Below are positions 10,427 to 25,800 of a stretch of 64,000 nt of DNA, in pieces. The position numbers were made by a program, and so were the translations under genes. Source of the DNA: Thermoplasmatota archaeon (GTDB lineage Archaea; Thermoplasmatota; Thermoplasmata; UBA10834); assembly GCA_040751795.1 (NCBI GenBank), contig JBFMHR010000003.1, forward strand, positions 160,001 to 224,000, in the 5' to 3' direction. Position 1 is the stretch's first letter. Every line of letters begins with the position of its first letter. The notes under the pieces were generated by a model. The model was not told the origin of the DNA. It saw only the letters and a program-made list of their open reading frames with translations, and made no database searches.

Positions 10427-12190
10427 TTGCCACGTTCTAGCGGGGACAAGCTCTGCCCCATCTGCGATTCTCCACTGCAGCCCGGCTCGAGGAAGTGCGG
10501 CTTCTGCGGCACCGACCTCGCCATATTCGATGTGGACACGGGACCGGCCGAGCCAGCCCCGCCCGCGCCCACGCCCGCGCCCGCGAGACCATCGATGGAG
10601 TCCAGGGTGAGGGAGGTCCTCTCGACGCCCCCGAGGCCGTCGCCCCAGCCTGCGCCCCAGCCTGCGCAGCAGGCTGCGGCACAGCCCGCGCCGGCGCCAG
10701 CCCCTGCACAGGCCCTGCCCAGGCCGTCGCCGCCGCCAGTGGCCGCCCCGGCACCCCCGCCCGCGGCGGAGAAGAAGGCCGAGCCCGCTCCTGAGCCGGA
10801 GCCCCTGAGGGCCGAGGAGGAGGCCCACGAGTACTTCGCGTGCCCGGAGTGCGGCGCCAAGGTCGAGGCGCACTCGAGCACCTGCCCAGGGTGCGGCGTC
10901 ATGTTCGCCGAAGAGGGCGCAGAGATGTTCCAGTGCCCCGCATGCAACTCGCTGGTCAACATAGACTCCAAGAGCTGCCCCGGCTGCGGCGCCGTGTTCG
11001 TCGAGGCCGAGGAGGGACCGGCCGCTGAGCCGGAGGCGGCCAGGCCCAAGCCCGAGATCGAGGAGCCCATATCGGAGGTGGCTCCGAGGAGGGACGAGCC
11101 AGCCCCGGTCGCGGCCACCGGGCAGGAACCGGCCCGGGCCGAGGCCGTCGGGCCCGCCGCGGAGCCGGCGCCGGCCGCCGAGCCCGAGGTGCGGAAGGGC
11201 CGCATGGGGCTCGGATGGCTGAAGAAGCGGAAGAAGGAGGAGGAGCCGAAGCCCACTGAGGCGGAGCCCGACGAGGAACCGTCCCCGAAGCCGGAGCCGC
11301 CGAGGAGGTTGCTGCGTCAGCACGAGCCGGCCCCGGCCCCGACCCCGGCCCCGGAACCCGAGCCCGAGCCGCGCTACGAGCCACCGCCGATGGCGAGGCC
11401 CAGGCCCGAGCCGCCGCGGGGCGAGGCCAAGGACAAGGGCAAGGAGCTCGCGCGCATGGTCGCCGAGATGAAGCCCATACTCACGCTCGCCAACGAGAAG
11501 GACATCGACATAGCGGACAGCAAGAAGCTCATCGACGACGCGGCCGAGGCGGGGAGGGACCGGCAGCTCGAGAAGGCCCTGGAGCTGGTCAACAGGTCCA
11601 GGACGATCCTCATGGGCAAGATCGACGGCCACCTGGGGACGGTGCTCTCCCAGCTGAAGGAGGAGACCGCGGTGGCCAGGTCGCTCGGGGGAGACGTGTC
11701 GAGGGCGCGCACCTACCTGGTCGAGATAGAGAGGGCGAAGGCCGCGGGCGACGCCGAGGCCGCGTACGTGTACGCCGACAAGGTGTCGAACGAGCTGCTC
11801 CCCATTACCGGGAGGTACAAGGAGGCCCTCTCCAGGACAGCGGCCCTCAAGTCCCTCGTCACGGACTGCGAGACGCTGATACTCGACACCAAGGAGGCCA
11901 GGACGGCCCTGGTCGAGGCGAACAAGGCCTTCGAGACCAACGACTTCGAGAGGGTGGAGATGCTCGTCAAGCAGGCGACGGACAGGCTCTACAGGGCCAT
12001 CCCCGACAGGATCAACGAGGAGATGCACGCCGCCAAGGGCCAGCTCATCGAGGCGAAGATGAGGAACATCAACACCACCCCCATGATCACGATCCTCAAG
12101 TCCGTCAGGACGCTCATGAAGGCCGGCGACTACCAGCAGGCCCTCAGGGAGATGAAGGAGTTCAAGGAGCAGATGCGGAAGGTCATGTGA
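10427..12190 (+). CDS. Zinc-ribbon protein with Pro/Ala/Glu-rich linkers and a helical C-terminal domain
   Basis: Three CxxC-x10-CxxC ribbons; low-complexity linkers; amphipathic helical repeats; TTG start after GGAGG. Confidence 0.75.
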   Translation: MPRSSGDKLCPICDSPLQPGSRKCGFCGTDLAIFDVDTGPAEPAPPAPTPAPARPSMESRVREVLSTPPRPSPQPAPQPAQQAAAQPAPAPAPAQALPRPSPPPVAAPAPPPAAEKKAEPAPEPEPLRAEEEAHEYFACPECGAKVEAHSSTCPGCGVMFAEEGAEMFQCPACNSLVNIDSKSCPGCGAVFVEAEEGPAAEPEAARPKPEIEEPISEVAPRRDEPAPVAATGQEPARAEAVGPAAEPAPAAEPEVRKGRMGLGWLKKRKKEEEPKPTEAEPDEEPSPKPEPPRRLLRQHEPAPAPTPAPEPEPEPRYEPPPMARPRPEPPRGEAKDKGKELARMVAEMKPILTLANEKDIDIADSKKLIDDAAEAGRDRQLEKALELVNRSRTILMGKIDGHLGTVLSQLKEETAVARSLGGDVSRARTYLVEIERAKAAGDAEAAYVYADKVSNELLPITGRYKEALSRTAALKSLVTDCETLILDTKEARTALVEANKAFETNDFERVEMLVKQATDRLYRAIPDRINEEMHAAKGQLIEAKMRNINTTPMITILKSVRTLMKAGDYQQALREMKEFKEQMRKVM

Positions 12191-14321
12191 GGTTCAGTAC
12201 CTCCATCTCCCGCTCCAGTATCGAGGTCTCCTGCTCCTTCATCGTCTGGGGCGACAGGGACACGGCGAAGACGCACTCCGACTCCGAGACCTCGTCGACC
12301 AGGCTCCTCAGGAACCTCAGGACGGCGTCGAAGTTCGTGTTGCTCGTGAGGTACTGTATCCCGTCGAGGACGATCATCCCGTTCCCCTCCCCCGCCATGA
12401 ACTCCTGGATCTTGTGGATGATCATCTCGAGCGACGGCGGGACGGTGGCCTCGACGGAGCTCTGCTTGTCCGTGAGCCACAGGATCTGAGGGACCTCCTT
12501 GAACTCGTCCTTGATCCTGCTAGGGTTCATGCGCGTTATCACGAGCCCGCGGTACCCCTCGGCCATCATCCTCGCGAGGAGGACGTTGCTGTACATGGGC
12601 TTCTCCTCCTCTATGAGGTAGCAGTGGCCGGGGAGGACCTTGACCTCCCTCATGATCTCCTTCCTCGTCTCCTGGACCGGCGCGAGGGGCTTCAGTATGT
12701 CCGAGACGAGGTTCAGGTCGACGTCCATCTTCATGATGCTCGAGAACGCGATGATCTTGTTGAGTGTGCTCTCCAGCTCCCTGACGTTCTGGGTCACCCT
12801 CTCCGCGATGTACTCGATGATCTCGTCGCTCAGCTTGAGCTTCTTCTCCTCGGCCTTCATCCCGAGGATCTTGACCCGGGTCTCCATGTCCGGCGGCTGT
12901 ATGTCCACCGTGAGCCCCTTCTGAATGCGCGCGTTCAGCCTGTCGTTGAAGCCCGGTATCTGCGTCGGCAGGCGGTCGCTCGCGAACACGACCTGCCTCC
13001 CCGACTCGATCATGCGGTCTATGGCGTGGACCATCTCCCCCTGGGCGCGCTCGCTCGCCGCCAGGAACTGCATGTCGTCGACCAGGAGGAGCTCCACCCT
13101 GTTCAGCGCCTCCCTGACCGGCTTGAGCCCGTCCGGGGTCCCGCACTGCTCTACCGCGTCGACGAACTTGTCCGAGGGCACGTAGAGCAGGTCGAGCTTC
13201 GGGTTCTTCTTGAGCATGTGGCACCCGATCGCCGATAGGAGGTGCGTCTTGCCCAGGCCGGACCCGCCGAATATCAGCAGGGGGTTGTAGGCCTTGCCGG
13301 GCCTCTCGGCCACGGCGACGGCGGTCGCGGCCGCGAACTTGGAGCCGGGCCCGATCACGAACCCGTCGAACCGGAGCTCGGCCATGAGGGGTTTGGAGAA
13401 GCCCGGGGCCTCCGCCGCCCCGGCCGGGCACCTCGGGCAGGCGCCGGCCTCGTCCAGGTCGGCCCCGCACCTGGGGCACTTCGCGGCCTCCTTGGCGGCC
13501 TCCGCCCCCTCCGGGGCGGTCTGGTACTTGAGTATGAGGTCGTAGACGTCCGCCGCCTTCTCCTCCTGCCTCTTCTTCTCGAGCTCCTGCTTGATGGACT
13601 CCTCCTCGTCCCGCCTCTTCTGTATCTTGCGCCTGATCTTCTCCTGGAGGAACTCGATGTCCGACTCTATCTCCGCTATCCTGGTCCTGTCGTCCAGCTT
13701 GGTCCTTATCTCGGCGATCTCCGCCTCGAGCCCCATCACCGGGAAGTTGTTGAGGATGGCCTCGAACTGCTTCAGCCTCGAGGCGTCGTACTCGAACGCG
13801 GCGAGCTCCTTGGCCGCGGCCTGGGGTCCCGCCCTCGCGGCCTGCTCAAGCGTGTCGACCTTGAACCCCTTCCTGCGCCACTCCTCGATCCTCTCCCCGG
13901 TCGGGTCGCCCTCGGCCTCCTCCGGCTCCTCCGCGGGGGCCTTCTGCACGGGCGCGCCCGCGATGTACGAGTCGGGGAACCTCCTCTCGAACTCGGTCTT
14001 GGGGACGCGGCTGTGCAGCTCGATGCCCGACGCCTTGTCCTGCGAGTCCTCTAGAATGAACCGCAGGGACTTCTCGCCGGTGTAGATCCTCCTCAGCTCC
14101 CTCGGCTTGGACTTCTCGAACTCGTAGATGGCCATCATCGGCGTGCCCTGCTCGACGACGATGTAGCCGGTGGAGGTCATGAAGGGCTTCTCTAATGTCA
14201 CCTTCAGGTAGCCGGTGAAGCTGTACTGCTTCAGGTCTGCCAGGATTCCCTTGAGGGAGTCCGGCCCTCCCTTGGCAGTGCGGACCACGATGCCCTCTGG
14301 GATGCGGAGGTCTGTGACCAT
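12183..14321 (-). CDS. Multidomain protein: DUF2226-like N-domain, coiled coil, zinc ribbon, DnaA-type AAA+ (domain III), DUF835
   Basis: F..FVIG...AVAERPGKAYNPLLIFGGSGLGKTHLL, LLVDDMQFL, SDRLP, GLTVDIQPPDMETR, NVRELE; C-terminal GLVITRMNP/WLT/LDGIQYL/LERE is DUF835-like; start at M42 of the listed ORF because the extension overlaps the tRNA and its promoter. Confidence 0.82.
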   Translation of the reverse strand: MVTDLRIPEGIVVRTAKGGPDSLKGILADLKQYSFTGYLKVTLEKPFMTSTGYIVVEQGTPMMAIYEFEKSKPRELRRIYTGEKSLRFILEDSQDKASGIELHSRVPKTEFERRFPDSYIAGAPVQKAPAEEPEEAEGDPTGERIEEWRRKGFKVDTLEQAARAGPQAAAKELAAFEYDASRLKQFEAILNNFPVMGLEAEIAEIRTKLDDRTRIAEIESDIEFLQEKIRRKIQKRRDEEESIKQELEKKRQEEKAADVYDLILKYQTAPEGAEAAKEAAKCPRCGADLDEAGACPRCPAGAAEAPGFSKPLMAELRFDGFVIGPGSKFAAATAVAVAERPGKAYNPLLIFGGSGLGKTHLLSAIGCHMLKKNPKLDLLYVPSDKFVDAVEQCGTPDGLKPVREALNRVELLLVDDMQFLAASERAQGEMVHAIDRMIESGRQVVFASDRLPTQIPGFNDRLNARIQKGLTVDIQPPDMETRVKILGMKAEEKKLKLSDEIIEYIAERVTQNVRELESTLNKIIAFSSIMKMDVDLNLVSDILKPLAPVQETRKEIMREVKVLPGHCYLIEEEKPMYSNVLLARMMAEGYRGLVITRMNPSRIKDEFKEVPQILWLTDKQSSVEATVPPSLEMIIHKIQEFMAGEGNGMIVLDGIQYLTSNTNFDAVLRFLRSLVDEVSESECVFAVSLSPQTMKEQETSILEREMEVLNLT

Positions 14322-14439
14322 AAATGGGTCGGTCTTGTTAATACGGTCGAAGCCTAAAAACCCTTGTCCCTCGCGCTGGAGCCTGGACCCCCGGCGGAAA
14401 GGCTTAACTAGAGAGACCATCTTCCCAACCTGCCTTGGC

Positions 14440-14543
14440 GCCACTGTAGCTCAGCGGTTGCGCGTGCGCCCTCGCACGCGCCGCTAGAGAGCGGCGGTTT
14501 CGTAAACCGCAGGCCGGGGGTTCGAGACCCTCCAGTGGCTCCA
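14440..14543 (+). tRNA. tRNA-Thr(CGT) with a 29-nt intron in the D-loop (14459-14487); encoded CCA
   Basis: GCCACTG/CAGTGGC acceptor; GCGGT-TTCGTAA-ACCGC anticodon arm; GTTCGAGA T-loop; strict BHB GCTC-AGCG-GTT...CGCT-AGA-GAGC. Confidence 0.93.
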
Positions 14544-14595
14544 CACCCTTCTCCAGCAGCTCCCCACGTGGCCGAGCGGAGGGCCCCCCGACGGC

Positions 14596-18170
<3,575 letters not shown>

Positions 18171-18180
18171 GTGATCGGCC

Positions 18181-20778
<2,598 letters not shown>

Positions 20779-20853
20779 CGCCAGCCCCTCCGCCGCACCG
20801 GTCTCACTCCTGATAACGACCAACAAACCTTTATTAGCGCACAGCCCTTTGAA

Positions 20854-21606
20854 ATGCGTCGCCGTCGACCCCCCGTCGAGGAGGCAGTTGACTTGTTTAA
20901 GGACTCGATTCCAGGGCTGGACAAGGTCTTCAAGAACGACATCGAGCGTCCGAAGGTCATACTCGTCACCGGCCCGCCGGGCTCCATGAAGACGAGCTTC
21001 TGCTACTCCCTCATGTCCAACTACCTCAGGGACAAGAACGAGTTCGGCCTCTATGCGACCCTCGAGGAGACGGCCGAGAGCCACATGCACAACATGGAGA
21101 GCATGGGGGTGAAGCTGTCCGCGAAGATGCAGATCTCGGACATGACCGACCTCAGGGAGATCGACCAGATCGACGAGGTCATAGGGGAGAGCGCCCAGAC
21201 CGACTACGTCCTGTTCATAGAGAAGATGATCCAGAGGTTCAGGCGCACCCACGGCGACAAGTTCTCGGTCCTGGTCATAGACTCCCTGGGGGCGCTCTAC
21301 TCCCTGATGTCCGAGTCGGCCGAGATGAGGAAGAAGATGTTCTACTTCTTCAAGATGCTCAGGGACAACAACCTCGTCACTTTCATCATAATGGAGCGCT
21401 CCCTCACCGGGGAGTCGCAGCTCCTGGGGAACGAGGGGTTCCTCGCGGACGGCATCGTGATGCTCGGCCTCGACAGGCAGAGGGGGAAGCTGGTCAGGTA
21501 CCTCCAGGTCGAGAAGATGAGGGCCGCAGAGCACAGCATGGAGAAGCACGCGATAGAGGTGACCAAGAGCGGGATGACGGTCCTGGGCCCGCTCCTGACG
21601 ACATGA
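20854..21606 (+). CDS. RAD55/KaiC-family ATPase (single domain; true start may be TTG near 20893)
   Basis: SIPGLDK, variant Walker A GPPGSMKTS, YATLEE, LVIDSL, FLADGIV, VEKMR. Confidence 0.85.
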   Translation: MRRRRPPVEEAVDLFKDSIPGLDKVFKNDIERPKVILVTGPPGSMKTSFCYSLMSNYLRDKNEFGLYATLEETAESHMHNMESMGVKLSAKMQISDMTDLREIDQIDEVIGESAQTDYVLFIEKMIQRFRRTHGDKFSVLVIDSLGALYSLMSESAEMRKKMFYFFKMLRDNNLVTFIIMERSLTGESQLLGNEGFLADGIVMLGLDRQRGKLVRYLQVEKMRAAEHSMEKHAIEVTKSGMTVLGPLLTT

Positions 21607-21735
21607 CGCGCGGGGCTGTGCCGATATGAACAGTATTAGTACGGCCGGCGCGTTATGTGGTCCGTCGGGAGAGTCCCCCAGCCCGGGCGGCCGCCCGCGT
21701 CGCGGAATCAGGTTCGACTTCAGATGTGATGGACG

Positions 21736-22722
21736 ATGACCGAAGACCAGACTATCTCCCAGATAATCGAGGACGCGATCAAGCGACTGAAGGCCCAGGA
21801 GGCGGAGGTCCTGAAGAAGGGCCGCGAGCTCCAGGCCGAGAAGGACGAGCTCCAGAAGCAGAAGGCCGAGGTCGCCTCCCAGGAGGAGCGCCTGAGGGAG
21901 AAGGAGGACGGGCTCAGGCAGAGGGAGTCGGCCGCGGACCGGAAGGAGGCCGACGTCAAGGCCAGGGAGGAGGCCGCGCAGGCCAGGGCCGACAAGATCT
22001 CCGCCAGGGAGGCCGAGGTCGTCAAGATGGACGAGAGGGCCAGGGCCGCCAGCGTGTCCGCGGAGGCGCGCGAGGAGGAGGCCCAGAGGTCCCTGGAGGA
22101 GTGCACGAGGCTCCAGGCCGAGGCCACCGAGAAGAGGAGGGCGCTCCTGGACCGCGAGGAGCTGATGAAGAGGTCCGAGGACGAGGTCCAGAAGCTCATG
22201 GAGCAGGTCGTCTCCAGGCGGGACGCCGTCATAGCGAGGGAGCGCGCGCTGGCCGAGGAGGAGGAGGCCCTGAGGAAGGACCGGGAGAAGCTCTCCGAGG
22301 ACGCGAAGTCGCTCCTGCAGAGGCAGACCGCGTCCCTGGCGGCCCCCGCGTCCAAACCGGAGGCGGCCGAGGAGGCCCGCGTCATGGGTGAGGACGAGAT
22401 GCCCTGCCCCAAGTGCTACACCGTCATCAGCAGGGACGCCGTCATGTGCTACTCCTGCGGGGTCAGGCTCCGGGAGGAGCCAGAGGCCGCGGAGGAGGCG
22501 CCCCAGGCCCAGCCGGCGGCCGAGGCGGTCGAGGAGGACGAGGTCCCCTGCCCCAGCTGCAAGACCATGGTCAGCAAGGACGCCATCATGTGCTACGCCT
22601 GCGGGGCCGACCTGAGGGCGGCCGCCGCGCAGCCCGCGGAGGAGGCCCCGAAGGAGGCCTCCCCCGAGCCCAAGAAGCCGCAGGTCTTCGTCAAGAAGAT
22701 CGTGAAGAGGAAGACGGTCTAG
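21736..22722 (+). CDS. Coiled-coil protein with two tandem zinc ribbons and a basic C-terminal tail
   Basis: E/K/R/A heptad region; EDEMPCPKC..CYSCG and EDEVPCPSC..CYACG; ends VFVKKIVKRKTV. Confidence 0.75.
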   Translation: MTEDQTISQIIEDAIKRLKAQEAEVLKKGRELQAEKDELQKQKAEVASQEERLREKEDGLRQRESAADRKEADVKAREEAAQARADKISAREAEVVKMDERARAASVSAEAREEEAQRSLEECTRLQAEATEKRRALLDREELMKRSEDEVQKLMEQVVSRRDAVIARERALAEEEEALRKDREKLSEDAKSLLQRQTASLAAPASKPEAAEEARVMGEDEMPCPKCYTVISRDAVMCYSCGVRLREEPEAAEEAPQAQPAAEAVEEDEVPCPSCKTMVSKDAIMCYACGADLRAAAAQPAEEAPKEASPEPKKPQVFVKKIVKRKTV

Positions 22723-22832
22723 CCAGACGTGCGGCAAAACCTTCTTCGGCATGAGAACTCGGCAAATACCTTTTTATACAGCTGAACTGCTTACTTTGCC
22801 TAACGATACCCAGCTTCTGGGTGGGTGAACTT

Positions 22833-25800
22833 ATGGAACACAGAGCTGGCCCTATTCTGGCCAACAGATCTCTGAGCGCGTTGATCGTCGTGTCATTTGT
22901 GCTGTCAGCCTTCGCAGGACTGTATATCGCGGCCTCCCCCTCCCCGTCGGCGGCGCAGGCACCGATCGGCGACCTCATCGTCACGAGCGGTACCTACATA
23001 ATCGAGAACATCGAGCAGCCAGTCGACGGCGACGTGGTGGTCTCCGGCGGAGAGCTGATCGTGAGGAACGGGGCCTTGATGGTCATAAGCAACGTCGGGG
23101 CCCCCAGGACCGTCACGGTGTCCGGCACGGGCACCCTGACGCTGGAGCACGGAGTGCTCACCTCCTACCTGGACCAGATAGACCCGTGGCCGTACCTCAC
23201 CCTCGACATAGACGGCGGCGGCACAGTCCGCGCCAGCTCACAGTCCATACTCCAGTTCCCCGGCTACATAACGGTCCAAGGCGGCGGCGCGCTCATCCTG
23301 GAGGACAGCTCGATCGAGCCCCTCTCCGCTGATGACCTCGCCGCATACGTCAGCGGCTCCGTCCTCATCACGGCCGACTCCGCGGACGACGGCCCGGCCA
23401 TAAGCGTGAGCGACGCCACCCTCGAGCTGTACGACTCGTCGATCACCTCCCTGCCCGAGTTCCCGTCGGACGGGGTCGTGGCCAGCAACCTGACCCTGAC
23501 GGGCGACTCGTCGCTCCTGGCGGTCAACAGCTACATCGACGTCGACTTCGGCCCGGCAGCCGACATCGACGACTGGTACGTCCACAACATGTTGGTCCTT
23601 GAGGACTCGTCCAGCGCCAACCTATATGGATCATACTTTGAGCCATATGTTGGATCGCTTTCGCAGAGAGCCCCTTCAGTTTCCGCGAATGGTGAGAGTT
23701 ACTTCGCCCTGCCCGCTACGAAGGCCGCTGAGGATAACACCGGACAGCCAATCGCCGACCTACTGGCAAGCGATGAAGGAGCAATCTACCATGTAGACCC
23801 GGGCGAGAGACTGTCAATTGAGACATTCTCCGCCGGAGCATCATCCGCAATTGATGGGGCAACTCTCTATGTGCGATATTCAGTCGGAAGCACATATGAT
23901 GGGGAGGAGTCCTTCGAATGGAGACTCGAAGGCGGGACCTACGCCTCGACGGGAATCACCCCATTGGCCTCCGAGACTACATATGTGGAAAAGAGTTTCG
24001 ATCTCTTCGCCGCCGGAGTCGCGACAACCGACGAAATCGCTGCTATGGATATCACATTCCTGAATGGCGGATCCAGCGGGAGTGTCGGCGTTGACAGCAT
24101 GTCGATTGTGATTACCATAGGTCCAGAAGCCTATGTGTACAGATGGATCAACATAACTGTCGGAGATGAGTATGGTGTGCCGATACCCGATTGTGAGATT
24201 TCCGCGATTTTCACAGGGTCCACATCATTTGGAGGACAGCCATCGTTCTACTTTGGGACGGACGGAATCTCATCCACCCCCCCGGAAGAAGTGCTTGATT
24301 ACATGGGTGTTGACGGAGCATCCTTCGGGATTACTGGCCCGATGGGCATTGCCCAGATCCCCCTCCTGACGGACCTCATTTCAGGTGGAGAATATCCGAA
24401 CTCTCTCTATGTAGGCACATTCGAGCTTACGGGCACCGTTGAGCAAGATTCGATTATCTACTCCTCAACTGAAGCCTTTTCCTTCCCCGCCTACCCTGCG
24501 ATGTCAGCGGCAGACCAGCAATTCGAGGTTACAGTTGATGTTGAAGGGATATCTGCCGAGAGTCCTGACTCCTCAAGGTGGCTAGTCGTTCCTCCAGACA
24601 TCCTGATTGAGGACATGGAGTACTACCACGCCGGCGATGTCATCGTCGCGTCCGACGGGACATTGACCCTGCGCAATGCGGTGTTCCGCCTGGTGCAGAC
24701 CTACGCCAATGAGCACACGATATACGTCGACGGGACTGCGAACTTCGTAATCGAGGACTCCGAACTGGTCAGCGCTCTGCCTATCGACATAATCGTGAAG
24801 GGCCAGGGCACCCTAGAGGTCGTGGATTCCACACTCACCGGAGTGAACATCTACGCGACGGAGGAAGCGGTCGTCAAGCTGAACGGCGCGTCGTTCAATG
24901 GCCTGCTCACGACCTCGTGGGACTCGGAAGCCTACATAATGATATACGATTCGTACCTGGTCCAGTCGCCAGAGCTGTCCGGCTCGACGGTGTGTGAGAT
25001 CACGAACACCAGCGCGCCGTCGATAGTCGTGATGGATGACGCGATGGCCTTCCTCTACAGGTGGATCCACATAACCGTGTTCGACGGAGGCGACTATCCG
25101 CTAGAGGGGGCCGACGTCTACGCGCGGTTCTATGTCAACGAGACCTTCTGGACCTCCTCGAAGACCGACCCGTCCGGTGTGGCCAGGCTGAAGTCGTTGA
25201 GCACCATCCTGACATCGTCGGGCTCGACCTACATCGGCCAATACAGGGTGAACGCATCCTACTGGAGCGACGGCGTCGAACATGTCTCGGACAGCGAGGT
25301 GAGCGTGAGCGTGATGCCCTACACGCAGCCCCTGACCGAGAATGCGACATTCGAGGTGCTGCTCATATCGTCCGTCCTGTTGCCGGACCTCTCCGTCATA
25401 TCCGATGAGATACTCACGGACCCGGAAGACGTCGTGTTGAACGGCGAGTGCACCATATATGCGCGTGTCTGGAACTACGGCGAGACGGCGGCCATCAACA
25501 CCACGGTCGATTTCCTCGTGGGTGAATCGCTGGCTGTCGCGGAGCTCATAGGCACTGACATAGTCGACACGATAGCGGCGGGCAGCTTCAGGGACGCATC
25601 CATCACCTGGGTGCCTGACGTCACTGGCCTGCACACCATATGGGTCGTCGTGAACGGCGCTCCTGACTTCGACGAGAGGACATTCAACAACAACAACGCC
25701 TCCGTCGTCGTCGACGTCCTGGAATACGCGGACCTCTTCATGTATCCCCTCAGCTTCTACATCTATGGGACCACCACCCCGATCGACAGCGCAGCCGGCG

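Noticed and set aside
10540-11420. Short tandem DNA repeats (CAGCCTGCGCCC, CCGGCCCCG, GAGCCC) as CRISPR or VNTR elements
   Set aside because: They encode Pro/Ala/Glu linkers in frame; there is no repeat-spacer periodicity and no cas gene
23590-24610. Diversity-generating retroelement or mobile insertion as the cause of the low-GC block
   Set aside because: No reverse transcriptase, template/variable repeat pair, transposase, terminal repeats or intein motifs seen in the window
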